This document shows positions 38,581-49,917 of a stretch of 64,000 bases of DNA, piece after piece. The stretch comes from Octopus sinensis. Its lineage: Eukaryota. Where the stretch lies: the NCBI RefSeq assembly GCF_006345805.1, contig NC_042999.1:67146001-67210000 (forward strand), read 5' to 3'. Below the pieces are notes generated by a model. The model was not told where the DNA came from, searched no databases, and saw only the letters and a list, made by a program, of their open reading frames with translations. Position 1 is the first letter of the stretch, and each line of letters opens with the position of its first letter. The position numbers and the translations under genes are program-made.

Positions 38581-38656
38581 TGTAATAATTTTGAACGTAA
38601 TCTATTTTGTTTTATTTGAATTTATTTAATCTTTCTTTTTTTTCTATTCTTTATAG

Positions 38657-38771
38657 GTTAAATGAAGGCCATACGACATTTGTAGAGAGAAAAATTTGTG
38701 CTAAGCTAGGTTGTGGGGAACCATTAAGAAATCTTTTAGGCATGATTGGAAAAAAATCCTGGGCAGATTAT
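38657..38771 (+). CDS. LTA4H: LTA4H exon 7 of 14 seen, third zinc ligand (NEG)
   Basis: tatag/gtgagt; LNEGHTTFVERKICAKLGCGEPLRNLLGMIGKKSWADY; phase matches the previous exon (TG+G = W). Confidence 0.96.
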
Positions 38772-39375
38772 GTGAGTTTCAGCATTTTTTTTTGCACTCC
38801 ATGTTATTGTCCCCTACTGCCACTTGATAACCGGTGATGGTTTGTCTACTTCCCTGTAACTTAACAGTTTGGCAAAAATAGACTGATAAAATAAATACCA
38901 GGCTTCAAAGCGAGTACTGGGCTTTGATTTGTTCAATGAAAAAACAAAAAATTTTTGAGGCAGTTCTCTAGCATGACCACAGTCTAATGACTAAAACAAG
39001 TAAAAGATTTCTTATTAAAAAACAATAATAACCACTGCAATCAAAACAGACTTTTGTAAACTGTTGGTCCTAATTTTGCAGCTAAACATCAACTTCTTTC
39101 TCATTGCCTAGCCATTGCCTTTTTTTTTTTTTTTTATCTCTGTTCATATACAATGGTGTGAAAAGAAGTTCCAGCTACGTAGTTTCAGGTTCAGTCCTTC
39201 TGTGTGGTACCTTAGGCAAGTGTCTTCTACTATAGCTCCTTTGGTTATCTCCAGGCCAACCAAAGTTTCGCAAGTGGATTTGGTAGATGGGAACTGAAAA
39301 CACCTGTTGTATGCATGTATATGTGTGTATATGTTTATCAACATATGTGCATGTGTGTGTGTGTCTGTGTATAAG

Positions 39376-39430
39376 CCACACTGATGAGGCTCAGGGTTTA
39401 AATACCCAAAAGCCAAAACCCGGTTTGTGG
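39376..39430 (+). ncRNA. hammerhead ribozyme motif, probably inactivated (GAAA->AAAA)
   Basis: CCACA-CTGATGA-GGCT...AGCC-AAAAC(ccg)GTT-TGTGG; stems I and II pair, and the core G looks lost by CpG decay. Confidence 0.65.
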
Positions 39431-39751
39431 ATATCCCTAATTGCATAATATTTTTTATTTGTGCTGTTAAATGTTTTAATCCTTTCTGTTTTCCTTGTAT
39501 ACTGTTTTTCTTTGTTATCTTGGTGCGGTATAGTGGATAAATTTAAGACTTTAGCTCTTATTTCTAGCAGGTGGATGCTTGTTAAGTATCCTTACGCTTT
39601 GTACAAATTTATTATCCATAGCTATTTAATGCTATTGCGCCTGCGATCCACCTATGTCACTACTGGTGATATCATCAATTTTCAAATTTATCCACAGATG
39701 ATATGAACAGTAGTGACGTCTGATTTCAAATCTCAGTGTTTGAATGCTTTG

Positions 39752-39822
<71 letters not shown>

Positions 39823-40983
39823 CGCGCTTCCTTATCTTGATAACACTTAGTAGTTGTAAAACCAGTGACACTATCAAATAAGCTGTATCATTTGTTTCCA
39901 ACCTTCTGTAACACCCTGCTATCTCCTGTCTTGGCACGTTTGTTCATTATCTCCACTATGACATGCCTTAGCATGTCTCCTACACAATGTTTTAAAATGC
40001 CTGTGACAAACACGTCTATTACTTCTCTCTATCATGTCATAATGTTAACATCTTTGTCACTTGTTTTTGTTATGTGCTATCATTGCATATCTAGGCGCAG
40101 GCATGGCTGTGTAGTAAGAAGCTTGCTTCCCAATCTCATGGTTCCAGGTTCAGTCCCACCGCATGACACCTTCGGCATGTGTTTTCTACTATAGCCTTGG
40201 GCCAACCAAAGCCTTACGAGTAGATTTGGTTGATGGAGACTGGAAGAAGCCCATTGTATATATAAATATCTATATACACCCGTGCTGGTGACACGTGAAA
40301 AGCACCGTCCGAACGTGGCAGATGCCAGCGCCGCCTGACTGGCGTCCGTGTCGGTGACATGTAAAAGCACCAACCAATCATGGCCGTTTGCCAGCCTGTT
40401 CTGGCCCCTGTGCCAGTGGCACGTAAAAAAACACCCACTACACTCACGGTGTGTTTGGCATTAGGAAGGGCATCCAGCTGTAGAAACACTGCCAAATCAG
40501 ACTAGAGCCTCGTGCAGCCTCCATGGCTTCCAGACTCCGGTCAAACCATCCAACCCATGCTAGCATGGAAAACGGACGTTAAATGATGATGATGATGATG
40601 ATGATGTGTCTTTGTATTTGTGTTTGTTTACCACCGCTGATTGACAACTGGTGTTAGTCACTTTACATCCCTGTAACTTTACGGTTTGGATAAAAGTGAC
40701 CAATAGAATAAATACCAGGCTTAAAAAGAAAAAAAAACAACACCGGGGTTGATTAGTTCAACTAAATTTTCTTCAAGGCAGTGCTCCAGCATGGCTGCAG
40801 TTTAATGACAGAAACCAGTAAAAGATAAAGATAAAAGATTTGTTACTTTTCTCTGTTATGACACGCTCTTACATATCTCTTCTGGCCCCTTATTATCCCA
40901 TGCCAAAACAAGTTTGTCACTTATAATGTATTATGTGATATCATGACATTCCTGTCACTTGTGTCTGTTCTTACTTTTGGTAG

Positions 40984-41128
40984 GTTAATAATCCGAACAC
41001 TAAGCCTAATTTTACTCGATTGGTACCCGAACTCAAAGGAGTATCTCCTGATGACTCCTTTTCTTCTGTGCCTTATGAAAAAGGCTATGCCTTACTCTAT
41101 TATTTGGAAGACCTTGTTGGTGGACCAG
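40984..41128 (+). CDS. LTA4H: LTA4H exon 8 of 14 seen, catalytic Tyr (VPYEKG)
   Basis: ggtag/gtttgt; [48 protein letters not shown]. Confidence 0.96.
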
Positions 41129-42927
41129 GTTTGTGTTTTATATATTAATTATGTATTAATTATTTTACCAACTTGGATTTCTTATCATAACATAAAATTT
41201 CCAAGTAATTAATATGTACTCAATGAGATTAGCTCTCTTGTGTGACCCTTCTGTTTGGCATTCGCCATGATAGGTCGCTTGCCACTACACACATTTTTTT
41301 CTCTCCTTGTTTCTTTCTGTGTTCCTTTCTGTGGAAGAGCGTAGGCTCAAAACATTAAAGACTTTTTCACTTACCGAGCGTTATACTAATACATCTGTTT
41401 GTTGTCTACACCACCTGTCTTTGTCTTTTGTTTTTCTCCCTATATATATATATATATATAATATATATATATATATATGTATATATTTACCAGGGAAAGG
41501 TTGATAAGGATTTTGAAGTTTTGGCTTATTTGTCATCATCAAACTGTGGTTTACTTTAGTTCTTTCTAGCTTTAGATTTTGGCAGGTTGTTCCTTCAATA
41601 GGTAGAGTAATGTAAATGAGGTTTCGGCTTGGTGTAGGCATAGAAGGGAAGTAGCTTACTCTTTAACTTTCAAACCTGACTGAATCCTAAACAATAACAA
41701 AATTCTCCTATCAAACCTGAATGACTCTCTCCACCATACCTTTCTTTCAGCTTACACCCTGCAAGCTCATATCTCCTTATGTTCTTTTCTGTTTTCTTCC
41801 TTTCCTATGTAACCATTTCTCCTGTCTACCAACACCACATCTAATCTTCCTTCACATTATTCTTTCTGCCAAAACCCATATCAAATCAGAACAAGTCAAA
41901 GTAAACCACATTCTAATAATATTGAACAAGCCAAAACTTTGAAGGCATTATCAACCATTTCTTTGTAACAATTAATAATATACTCTTCTAAAAAGTACTG
42001 AGTAATCCTTCAGTTAATGTTAAATTAGTTTTTTAATATAACTTCACAGAAAGAAGAAAAAAACATTCATGTATGTTTGTGTGTGTGTGTGTGTGTATGT
42101 GTGTGTACAGAAACACACACACACATACACACAAGTATTTTGCATTATATGTGTATAGAAAAATGTATCGGGACAGAATGTTTCATTCGGTCAACCTGAT
42201 CAACAGACCGAGAAGAAATTGAATATACATACATGCACACACACACACACACACACACGGTCATCTGAGGAAAACCAGCAATATTCCTGGTCAACTTTCA
42301 CCAGGATGATAAGATCTAAAGAAGAGGGCAATGCCAAGGTCATTTTAGATCAACCTGTACCAAGGAAATAAGGTTTTGGGTGCTAAAATCTAAAAAAAAA
42401 AAATAGCATACAAGAAGAGAATAAAGCTTTGGGTTAAGACTGATCAGAGAGGGCAAACTACAACAGAAAGTTTAAGATAATTGGGTGACATTACCAAACT
42501 GTAGCATCGTAGTTCATTTTTGGTCTGCCTGCATCAAGGAGATAGCAATAACTGTGTTAGATGTACAGATCAAGGGCTGTATTTGTGGGTTTTTTTTTTT
42601 TAAATATGACCCTCACTGAGAATAGATAGTCTTTATGTAAGATTTCAAGAGCTAAGTCTTTTTTCTCCTTTTTTCAGAAAAATATTAAATCTGTTTTATA
42701 TAGTAAACTAAATTAAATGTAATTTACCATTATTTTAATGGATTAGCAGAATCCTAAGCACATTGGACAAAATACTGAGAGGCATTTAGTTACAGCTTAA
42801 CTTTTGTGTTCAGTTTCTTCTGAGGGTTGATAAAATAAAGTTTGCAAGCTAAAGGTTGATTTCCGATTTCTATAATACATCTAAGATATGAAAAAAAGTC
42901 TAAGACTATTCTGTTTCATTTCCACAG

Positions 42928-43031
42928 AGGTTTTTGAACCATTTTTAAAAGCTTACATTGAACATTTCAAGTATCATTCAATTAACTCTCACCAATGGAA
43001 AGAGTTTCTGTTGTCTTACTTTACAGAAAAG
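42928..43031 (+). CDS. LTA4H: LTA4H exon 9 of 14 seen
   Basis: cacag/gtaaat; EVFEPFLKAYIEHFKYHSINSHQWKEFLLSYFTEK vs human EIFLGFLKAYVEKFSYKSITTDDWKDFLYSYFKDK. Confidence 0.96.
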
Positions 43032-43068
43032 GTAAATATATATTTATATTCTACTATTTTAAATAGAA

Positions 43069-43448
43069 CTAGCACTATGACCTGGCAACACCGGGTCATA
43101 GTGCTAGTGCATGCATATACAGCTGCATGTGTGCGCACATACACGTGAGTACTGTCCAAATCTCTGACCAATCACATACAGCTAGCTGGCATTCAATTGG
43201 CGTATCAAGTTTTGGGCATTTTTATTGGGTTTTGGATAGAAAATTCACAAAAAAGTCACTTGATTTTTTAATGGCTTTGCGGGGTGACTGGGGAAATGTA
43301 AAGATATGCACGACCACCCTTGGACGGTTTGAATGACCATAGAAAGTGCGAGTCCACTAACTGAAAAATTGTGGATTTGTATAAAGGACACACACACAGA
43401 CAGACAGACATTTTGCCGCTTATATATATATATATATATATATATAGA
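43069..43448 (-). mobile_element. short Helitron (family H2)
   Basis: TC...CTAG termini between A and T; terminal hairpin CTAGCACTATGACCTGG-CAACA-CCGGGTCATAGTGCTAG. Confidence 0.8.
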
Positions 43449-43693
43449 TTATGTTGACATTGTTATTGGATATTGCTGTTATTGACCAGTGGTAATTTGG
43501 CCCTAGATCCAGGTTACCACTGATCAAGCAGACTTAGGATCAAAGATACCAGTTGTAGCCATCATTCTAACCTTTCCTTAGATTGGCTGCACTGCCTTCA
43601 GTGCTCGAGTGCCAACAGGTAGTACACTTGTGGTTACATAACCAAGATTTGATCTTGATCCTCCAGTTTTCTTTCTTGTGTTACAGAGTAAAC

Positions 43694-44746
43694 ATGTCTG
43701 CTCTGCTGACTGTGTACACCAAGGAAGGACTGAGATCAGTGATCCAATTCCTCTGGTTTAAAAGTGTGTTGGGCCGAAATTCACTGTAGGCTTTCAGTAC
43801 AATATGTAGACAGTGGTCTCTCATGTAGAAGTGTGTATGAGTTGATCACAAAGTTTGGAAAAGGTCAGACAAGCATAAAGAACGAAGAGGGAGTAGAATG
43901 TCCATCAACATCTGCCACTGATGTGAAGATGCAACAAGCTCAAGAGATGGTTCTGGTGAAGCAACAAGTGACCATTGAGGAAGTGGCATGTTCTCTGCAA
44001 ACTAGTCATGGGTCTGCATTCAAAATCATCCACAACAGGTTCCACTTCTATAAAGTCTGTGCAAGATGGGTGCCAAGAGAGCTTGCCAAAGCACGTAAAT
44101 GCAGTCATGTAAAGATCTGTCAATGCTTACTCAACTGCTAGAATGATGAAGGTGAAGCTTGTTTTGAGAAAATAGTCACAGAAGATGAGATTTGAGTCCA
44201 TTACTGTGAGCCAGAATCAAAAAGCAAAGTGTGGAACAGAAACACCCAGAATTGCCAGCAAAAAAGAAATTCAAGACTAAAACTTCTGCATAAAAAAATG
44301 ATGCTGACTGTTATTTGGGTGCAAAAGGCTTTGTACTAGATAGAACATTACTTGGAAAAGGTGTCTACTGTCATCAGTGTAGACTAAATGAAATGCTGGT
44401 CAACAAAGTGAAACTAGCAGTTCATGCCAAATGCTGAGGTCTGTCGTTAAATCAAGTGTTAATGTTGCACAACAATGCACATCCACACCATTGAAATCAC
44501 TGAAAAATCGGCTTTTGAGTTGCTGGAACACCCTGCATACAGTTGAGATCTCTCCCATGACTATCACCTCTTTGGACCACCCAAACATGCTTTACAAGGT
44601 CATTGATTTGCTACAGATGATGAAGTGCAGGTACTGGTGCACAAATGCCTGCGCGACTAGCTAAGAACCTTCTCCAATAGAATAAGCAAGCTTGTGGACT
44701 ATAGAAGAAATGCATTGTAAAGTGAGGAGATTATGTTGAAAACTGA
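43694..44746 (+). pseudogene. decayed mariner (DD34D-type) transposase
   Basis: AEIHCRL, CARWVPREL, IVTEDE, HPAYS*DLS/HDYHLFGP and GDYVEN* motifs with stops and frameshifts. Confidence 0.9.
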
Positions 44747-44820
44747 TGTAATTGTTCTTCCTCCAATTTTATTTTAATAAATTTCATAAGGAGAGTGCAT
44801 ATAATTTATTACCTATTACC

Positions 44821-45095
44821 TATTGCGTCATCCCATAAATAATGTGGTTTTTTTATAATTCTTTTATTTTTCAAAATTAAGATAAAGTTCTTTTTTAATC
44901 TAAAATATACTCTCCTTCGTTTTCTACAATGCTCTTCCATCTATCTGATAGACTTGCAAGGTCTCTCTTCCAAAATTCACTTGTCCGTGATGAAAAATAC
45001 TCCTCCAGTACCGTTCTGACTTCATCTACAGAATTCATATTTTTTTCATCCAAATGATTTCCATGACTATGGAATAAATGATAATTATATTCCAA
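44821..45095 (-). mobile_element. 3' fragment of a second mariner element with TIR
   Basis: NYHLFHS...EEYFSSRTSEFWKRDLASLSDRWKSIVENEGEYILD*; TA plus TIR TTGCGTCATCCCATAAATAATG. Confidence 0.85.
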
Positions 45096-45619
45096 GTGGC
45101 TGAATATTCCACTGACTCCTTTACTCTTAACGTAATCCTCAAGTAGACTTGGTGAAAAGCTGTGTCACAAGGCTGGAATCACATTTGACAGGCTTCTACC
45201 AAAGCTTAGAAAGAAGCTCTAGCTTCTCTCTAAACTTTGGGTTATAGATTAATACAAGGTTGTGTTAGCCTATAACCAAGTCCATAGTAAAAGACAATAT
45301 GTAAGGAATATGACTCAACAGTGATGCATTGTATGGAGGAAACCTACTGAGATTGGCAAGGAATGAGCTTTAGTCTCATCTGCTCTAATGTTGACTTGAA
45401 TGACAAGCCAAGTGCAGATAAGTGTGTGTAAAAGGTAGCTGCTGTCATATGCAAGCAGCGTGGATGTATTAATAGAGACAAAATGTAAATAAAGAAAACC
45501 AGTTTTACTTTGTCATATTTACCTGTTGTTCTGTTAACTCGTTACGTTTATACCTGACTAGGTCAATCTTTTGCAACTTCTTTAACCAAGTTTGTTTCCA
45601 ATAACAACTTTGCCACATG

Positions 45620-45930
45620 GCTATTGTCATCAGCCCACCATCTTCACCGCTCTGCCATCTCCACTTCATTGTAGTCATCACTCTACTATCTTCATCACTC
45701 CACCATAGTCATCATTCTGCCATCTTCATCACTCCACTTTCTCCATCACTCTGTCATCTCTATCACTCCATCATTCCGTCATCTCCATCACTCCGTCAAC
45801 TCCATCACTCAGTCATCTCCATCATTCCACCTTAATCATCACTCTACCATCTTCACTTTCCCACCATTATCACTACTCTGCTATATTCATCACTCCATCA
45901 TAATCATCAGTCCATCACTCTTCCATCATC
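45620..45930. repeat. degenerate (CCATCACT/CAT)n simple repeat
   Basis: directly visible. Confidence 0.85.
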
Positions 45931-46178
45931 TCAAACTATTGATGCTGTTCCTGAATCTGTATACCATCCATGTAAGTCAGCCAGCCATGTAGCTGCTGTG
46001 ATTTAATTGATGGGTAAAAGGATTTGCCCAGCAAATCTAAGGTTCAAATCCAACCAGTGAATCTGTTGTGTTTTTCTTTTGTTTTTTGTGGATTTTTTTT
46101 TCTTTTTCCAATCATTGTTTATAGTGTCTTCTATCCCATGTCTTTATGATTCCTCCATTTTCAATCTGTTTAACAAAG

Positions 46179-46255
46179 GGCAAGGGCAGTGCTTTAAGGA
46201 GAGTGAACTGGAATGACTGGTTCTTTGAGACTGGAATGCCAGCAGTACCGATATC
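46179..46255 (+). CDS. LTA4H: LTA4H exon 10 of 14 seen
   Basis: GKGSALRRVNWNDWFFETGMPAVPI vs human LNQVDWNAWLYSPGLPPIKP; gtaagt donor; the exon could instead start 6 nt later (46185, same frame). Confidence 0.88.
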
Positions 46256-46488
46256 GTAAGTATTTCTTACATTTAACCTCCACAGTTTCTCCTCTACAGA
46301 ATTGGTTTGACAATGGACAAAGTAATTTATGGTAGCTTGCATCTCTTCCTGTCCTGAGTTCAAATCCTATTGCATACTGGGGTAGATCCAATCGACAGCC
46401 CCCTCCCCAAGAATTTCAGGCCTTGTGCGTAGAGCAGAAAAGAATATTTCTATTATCTTTAATAATGATATTATTATCACATTGTTAG

Positions 46489-46639
46489 GTATCAGTCATG
46501 CCTTGCTGATGCTTGCCAGCAACTAAGTGAAAGATGGTGTTCAACTGGAGACAGTAACTTTGGACAGTTCTCTTCATCAGATCTTGACCAATTCTCCACT
46601 CCACAGACGTTGGAATTCCTCAACCAGTTGATGGAACAG
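46489..46639 (+). CDS. LTA4H: LTA4H exon 11 of 14 seen
   Basis: gttag/gtaaag; YQSCLADACQQLSERWCSTGDSNFGQFSSSDLDQFSTPQTLEFLNQLMEQ vs human YDMTLTNACIALSQRW...DLKDLSSHQLNEFLAQTLQ. Confidence 0.93.
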
Positions 46640-46659
46640 GTAAAGCTTGAAAAATTCAA

Positions 46660-47100
46660 ACTCTTTATCCTCTCTTCTTCCCTTTCTTCTCTTTCCTCCC
46701 TTTTCTCCTCCTCTCCTTTCCTCTTCCTCCCCTTCTCCTTTCTTCTTCCTCTCTCCCCTCCCCCTCTTCTGCCCTTTCTTCTTCCCTTCTCTCTGCCTCC
46801 TCTTTACTCTTCTTTTTTTTCCCTTCTCTCTCCCTCCTTTTACTTTTTCGTTTTCCCTCCTCCTCCTTTCCTTTCCTCTTCCTCCACTTCTCCTTTCCTC
46901 TTCCTCCCCTTCTCCTTTCTTATTCCTCCCTTCCCTCCCCCTCTTCTTCCCTTCTATCTGCCTCCTCTTTACTCTTCCTTTTTCCCTTCTCTCTCCCTCC
47001 TTCCTTTCCTCTTTTCTCTCCCCCTTCCTTTCCCCTACATCTTCCCCTCAACTTTCCCCATCCCCTCTTCTCATCCTTCTACTCTCCTTCCTCCCCTTCT
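46660..47100. repeat. TC-rich polypyrimidine tract with an internal duplication
   Basis: directly visible; TCTCCTTTCCTCTTCCTCCCCTTCTCCTTTCTT occurs twice. Confidence 0.9.
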
Positions 47101-47587
47101 TCATGTCTTTTGTTTTAAACATGAGCTTAAACATCATTCATCATAAGATGCCAAATCATTAGAGTGTGGGGCAAAATGCTTTGCAGTATTCAATCTGGCT
47201 TTCAGTATTACTAAGTTCAAATCCTCACTCACTATTTCCCACTATCACCAAACCTATTCTGTGTTTTCAACTCTTTCTCCTCCTTCTATCACCCCTATAA
47301 TGTCTTTATCCACGCCAATCCATACTGACTTGACCACAACTCCATCTCGAGAACTTCCTTTCGGACAGTGTCCTGATGAGCCATTTAAGCTAACAGCATA
47401 TGAAGGCCATGGGCTTTTCCTCTTTTGCTTGCATTTACCATAAGAAAATCACCACCATTATCATCACTCTTACCAAAACCGCCAACACTAGCATCATCAT
47501 TATCATAACCAACAGTAGCCTACATTTTTACAAAGACCTTAAGATTTTGAAATGTCCAGTATAATGTGCTCTCTCTTTTGCTCACAG

Positions 47588-47670
47588 GACCCCTTTAGTT
47601 TGACCAAGATTGCTCATATGGAATCGGCATATCACTTATTTTCTCAGGGAAACTCAGAGATTCTGTTTCG
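47588..47670 (+). CDS. LTA4H: LTA4H exon 12 of 14 seen
   Basis: cacag/gtaagt; DPFSLTKIAHMESAYHLFSQGNSEILFR vs human APLPLGHIKRMQEVYNFNAINNSEIRFR. Confidence 0.93.
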
Positions 47671-47765
47671 GTAAGTATATATTCATAATGCATTTTCTCA
47701 ATTTCTACAAACAGATGTAGCATATTTATATAATAATAATAATAGTATATATGTATGTGTGTGTG

Positions 47766-47823
<58 letters not shown>

Positions 47824-48035
47824 ATATTAATGATTCTGTAGAGAGCCAGGTCCTCAAATGATGTGCACCAGGTTGATTTGAATTAACCTTTAAGCAGGTT
47901 GTCGACAGAGAATTTAACCCATACAAGTATTTAATGCCCAGTGCATGTTTTGCTAATCCAAAGTACACATTGTATTGATCACACGGTGTTTGGTATACTC
48001 TAGGATGTCCAATGGGTTGTGAATCCCTTTTGGTG

Positions 48036-48081
<46 letters not shown>

Positions 48082-49812
48082 GGTGGCACGTAAAAAGCAC
48101 CCACTACACTCACGGAGTGGTTGGCGTTAGGAAGGGCATCCAGCCGTAGAAACACTGCCAGATCTGACTGGGCCTGATGAAGCCTTCTGGCTTCACAGAC
48201 CCCAGTTGAACCGTCCAACCCATGCTAGCATGGAAAACGGATGCTAAACGATGATGATGATGATGATGATGATATATATATATATATATATGTATAGACA
48301 GATGGATAGATAGAAAAGGCAGGAAGCTGGCAGAAACGTTAGCACGCCGGGCAAAATGCTTAGTGGTATTTCGTCTGCCGTTACGTTCTGAGTTCAAATT
48401 CCGCCGAGGTCAACTTTGTCTTTCATCCTTTCGGGGTCGATTAAATAAGTACCAGTTACGCACTGGGGTCGATATAATCGACTTAATCCGTTTGTCTGTC
48501 CTTGTTTGTCCTCTCTGTGTTTAGCCCCTTGTGAGTAGTAAAGAAATAGGTATTTCGTTTGTCTGTACGTTCTGAGTTCAAATTCCGCCAAGGTCGACTT
48601 TGCCTTTCATCCTTTTGGGGTCATAAATTAAGTACCAGTTACGCACTGAGGTTGATGTAATTGACTTAATCCCTTTGTCTGACCTTGTTTGTCCCCTCAA
48701 TGTTTAGCCCCTTGTGGGCAATAAAAAAATAAGATAGATAGATAGATACAGATATATCTACAATATTGGAGCAAATGTGTGGTGTTGCTGTTACATTTCT
48801 CTTGTGAACAAATCACCTGCTCCCTTAAAAATCTCAGGGAACAAAAGATCCCTTACTTGAAAAACAGTGAAAGGTTAGTGACATGAAGAGCATCTGGCTG
48901 TAAATCAGTTCCTTAATAACATAATTGTCCCAATCCATGCATGCATTTAAAAACAGGCATAAAACAGATGAAGAATTTTTTTTTTTGAGTGTGGTGAGGA
49001 AGACACAATAACACGAAGGAGAAGGACAGAGTTAGGAGGAATGAACTTATGTATAAAGAGGTGGCACACAGTTCAGGTAAACAGAGGCCATTAGAATAGT
49101 GATAGAAATGGAGATAGAAAGAGGAGACAGTATGGTTGATATCCTTTTGGGAAGTTAAAAATTTTTACATTGTTTTATACTTTTATTTGTTTCAGTCATT
49201 TGATTGCGGCCATGCTGGAGCACCGCCTTTAGTCGAGCAAATTGACCCCGGGACTTATTCTTTGTAAGCCTAGTACTTATTCTGTCGGTCTCTCTTACCG
49301 AACCGCTAGGTGACGGGGACGTAAACACTCCAGCATCGGTTGTCAAGCGATGTTGGGGGGACAAACACAGACACACAAACATATACATCATCATCATCAT
49401 CATCATCGTTTAACGTCCGCTTTCCATGCTAGCATGGGTTGGACGGTTCAACTGGGGTCTGGCAAGCCCGAAGGCTGCACCAGGCCAGTCAGATATGGCG
49501 GTGTTTCTACAGCTGGATGCCCTTCCTAATATATATATATGACGGGCTTCTTTCAGTTTCCGTCTACCAAATCCACTCACAAGGCTTTGGTTGGCTCGAG
49601 GCTATAGTAGAAGACGCTTGCTCAAGGTGCCACACAGTGGGACTGAACCCGGAACCATGTGGTTGGTAAGCAAGCTACTTACCACACAGCCACTCCTGCA
49701 CCTATATGTATTTATTTTTTTGTGGTTGTATTTTCAGCTTTGTTTAGTATCTGTATGCATTTTAGTTCTTAATGTTTGTTTTCTCATGTGATCTTTATTT
49801 TCAAACATGCAG

Positions 49813-49917
49813 GTGGTTAAGACTTTGTCTGCGAGCTAAATGGAACAAGTGCATTCCTCATGCTGTTAGCTTCATTAATAAACAAGGCCGGTTGAAATTT
49901 CTCCTACCAATATACGA
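49813..49917 (+). CDS. LTA4H: LTA4H exon 13 of 14 seen, carboxylate-binding GRxK
   Basis: tgcag/gtaaat; WLRLCLRAKWNKCIPHAVSFINKQGRLKFLLPIY vs human WLRLCIQSKWEDAIPLALKMATEQGRMKFTRPLF. Confidence 0.95.

Noticed and set aside
42168-42212. Minus-strand HHR-like string TCGGT-CTGTTGA..GAAACATTCTGTC-CCGA
   Set aside because: Core and stem junctions need several corrections; at best a very decayed copy
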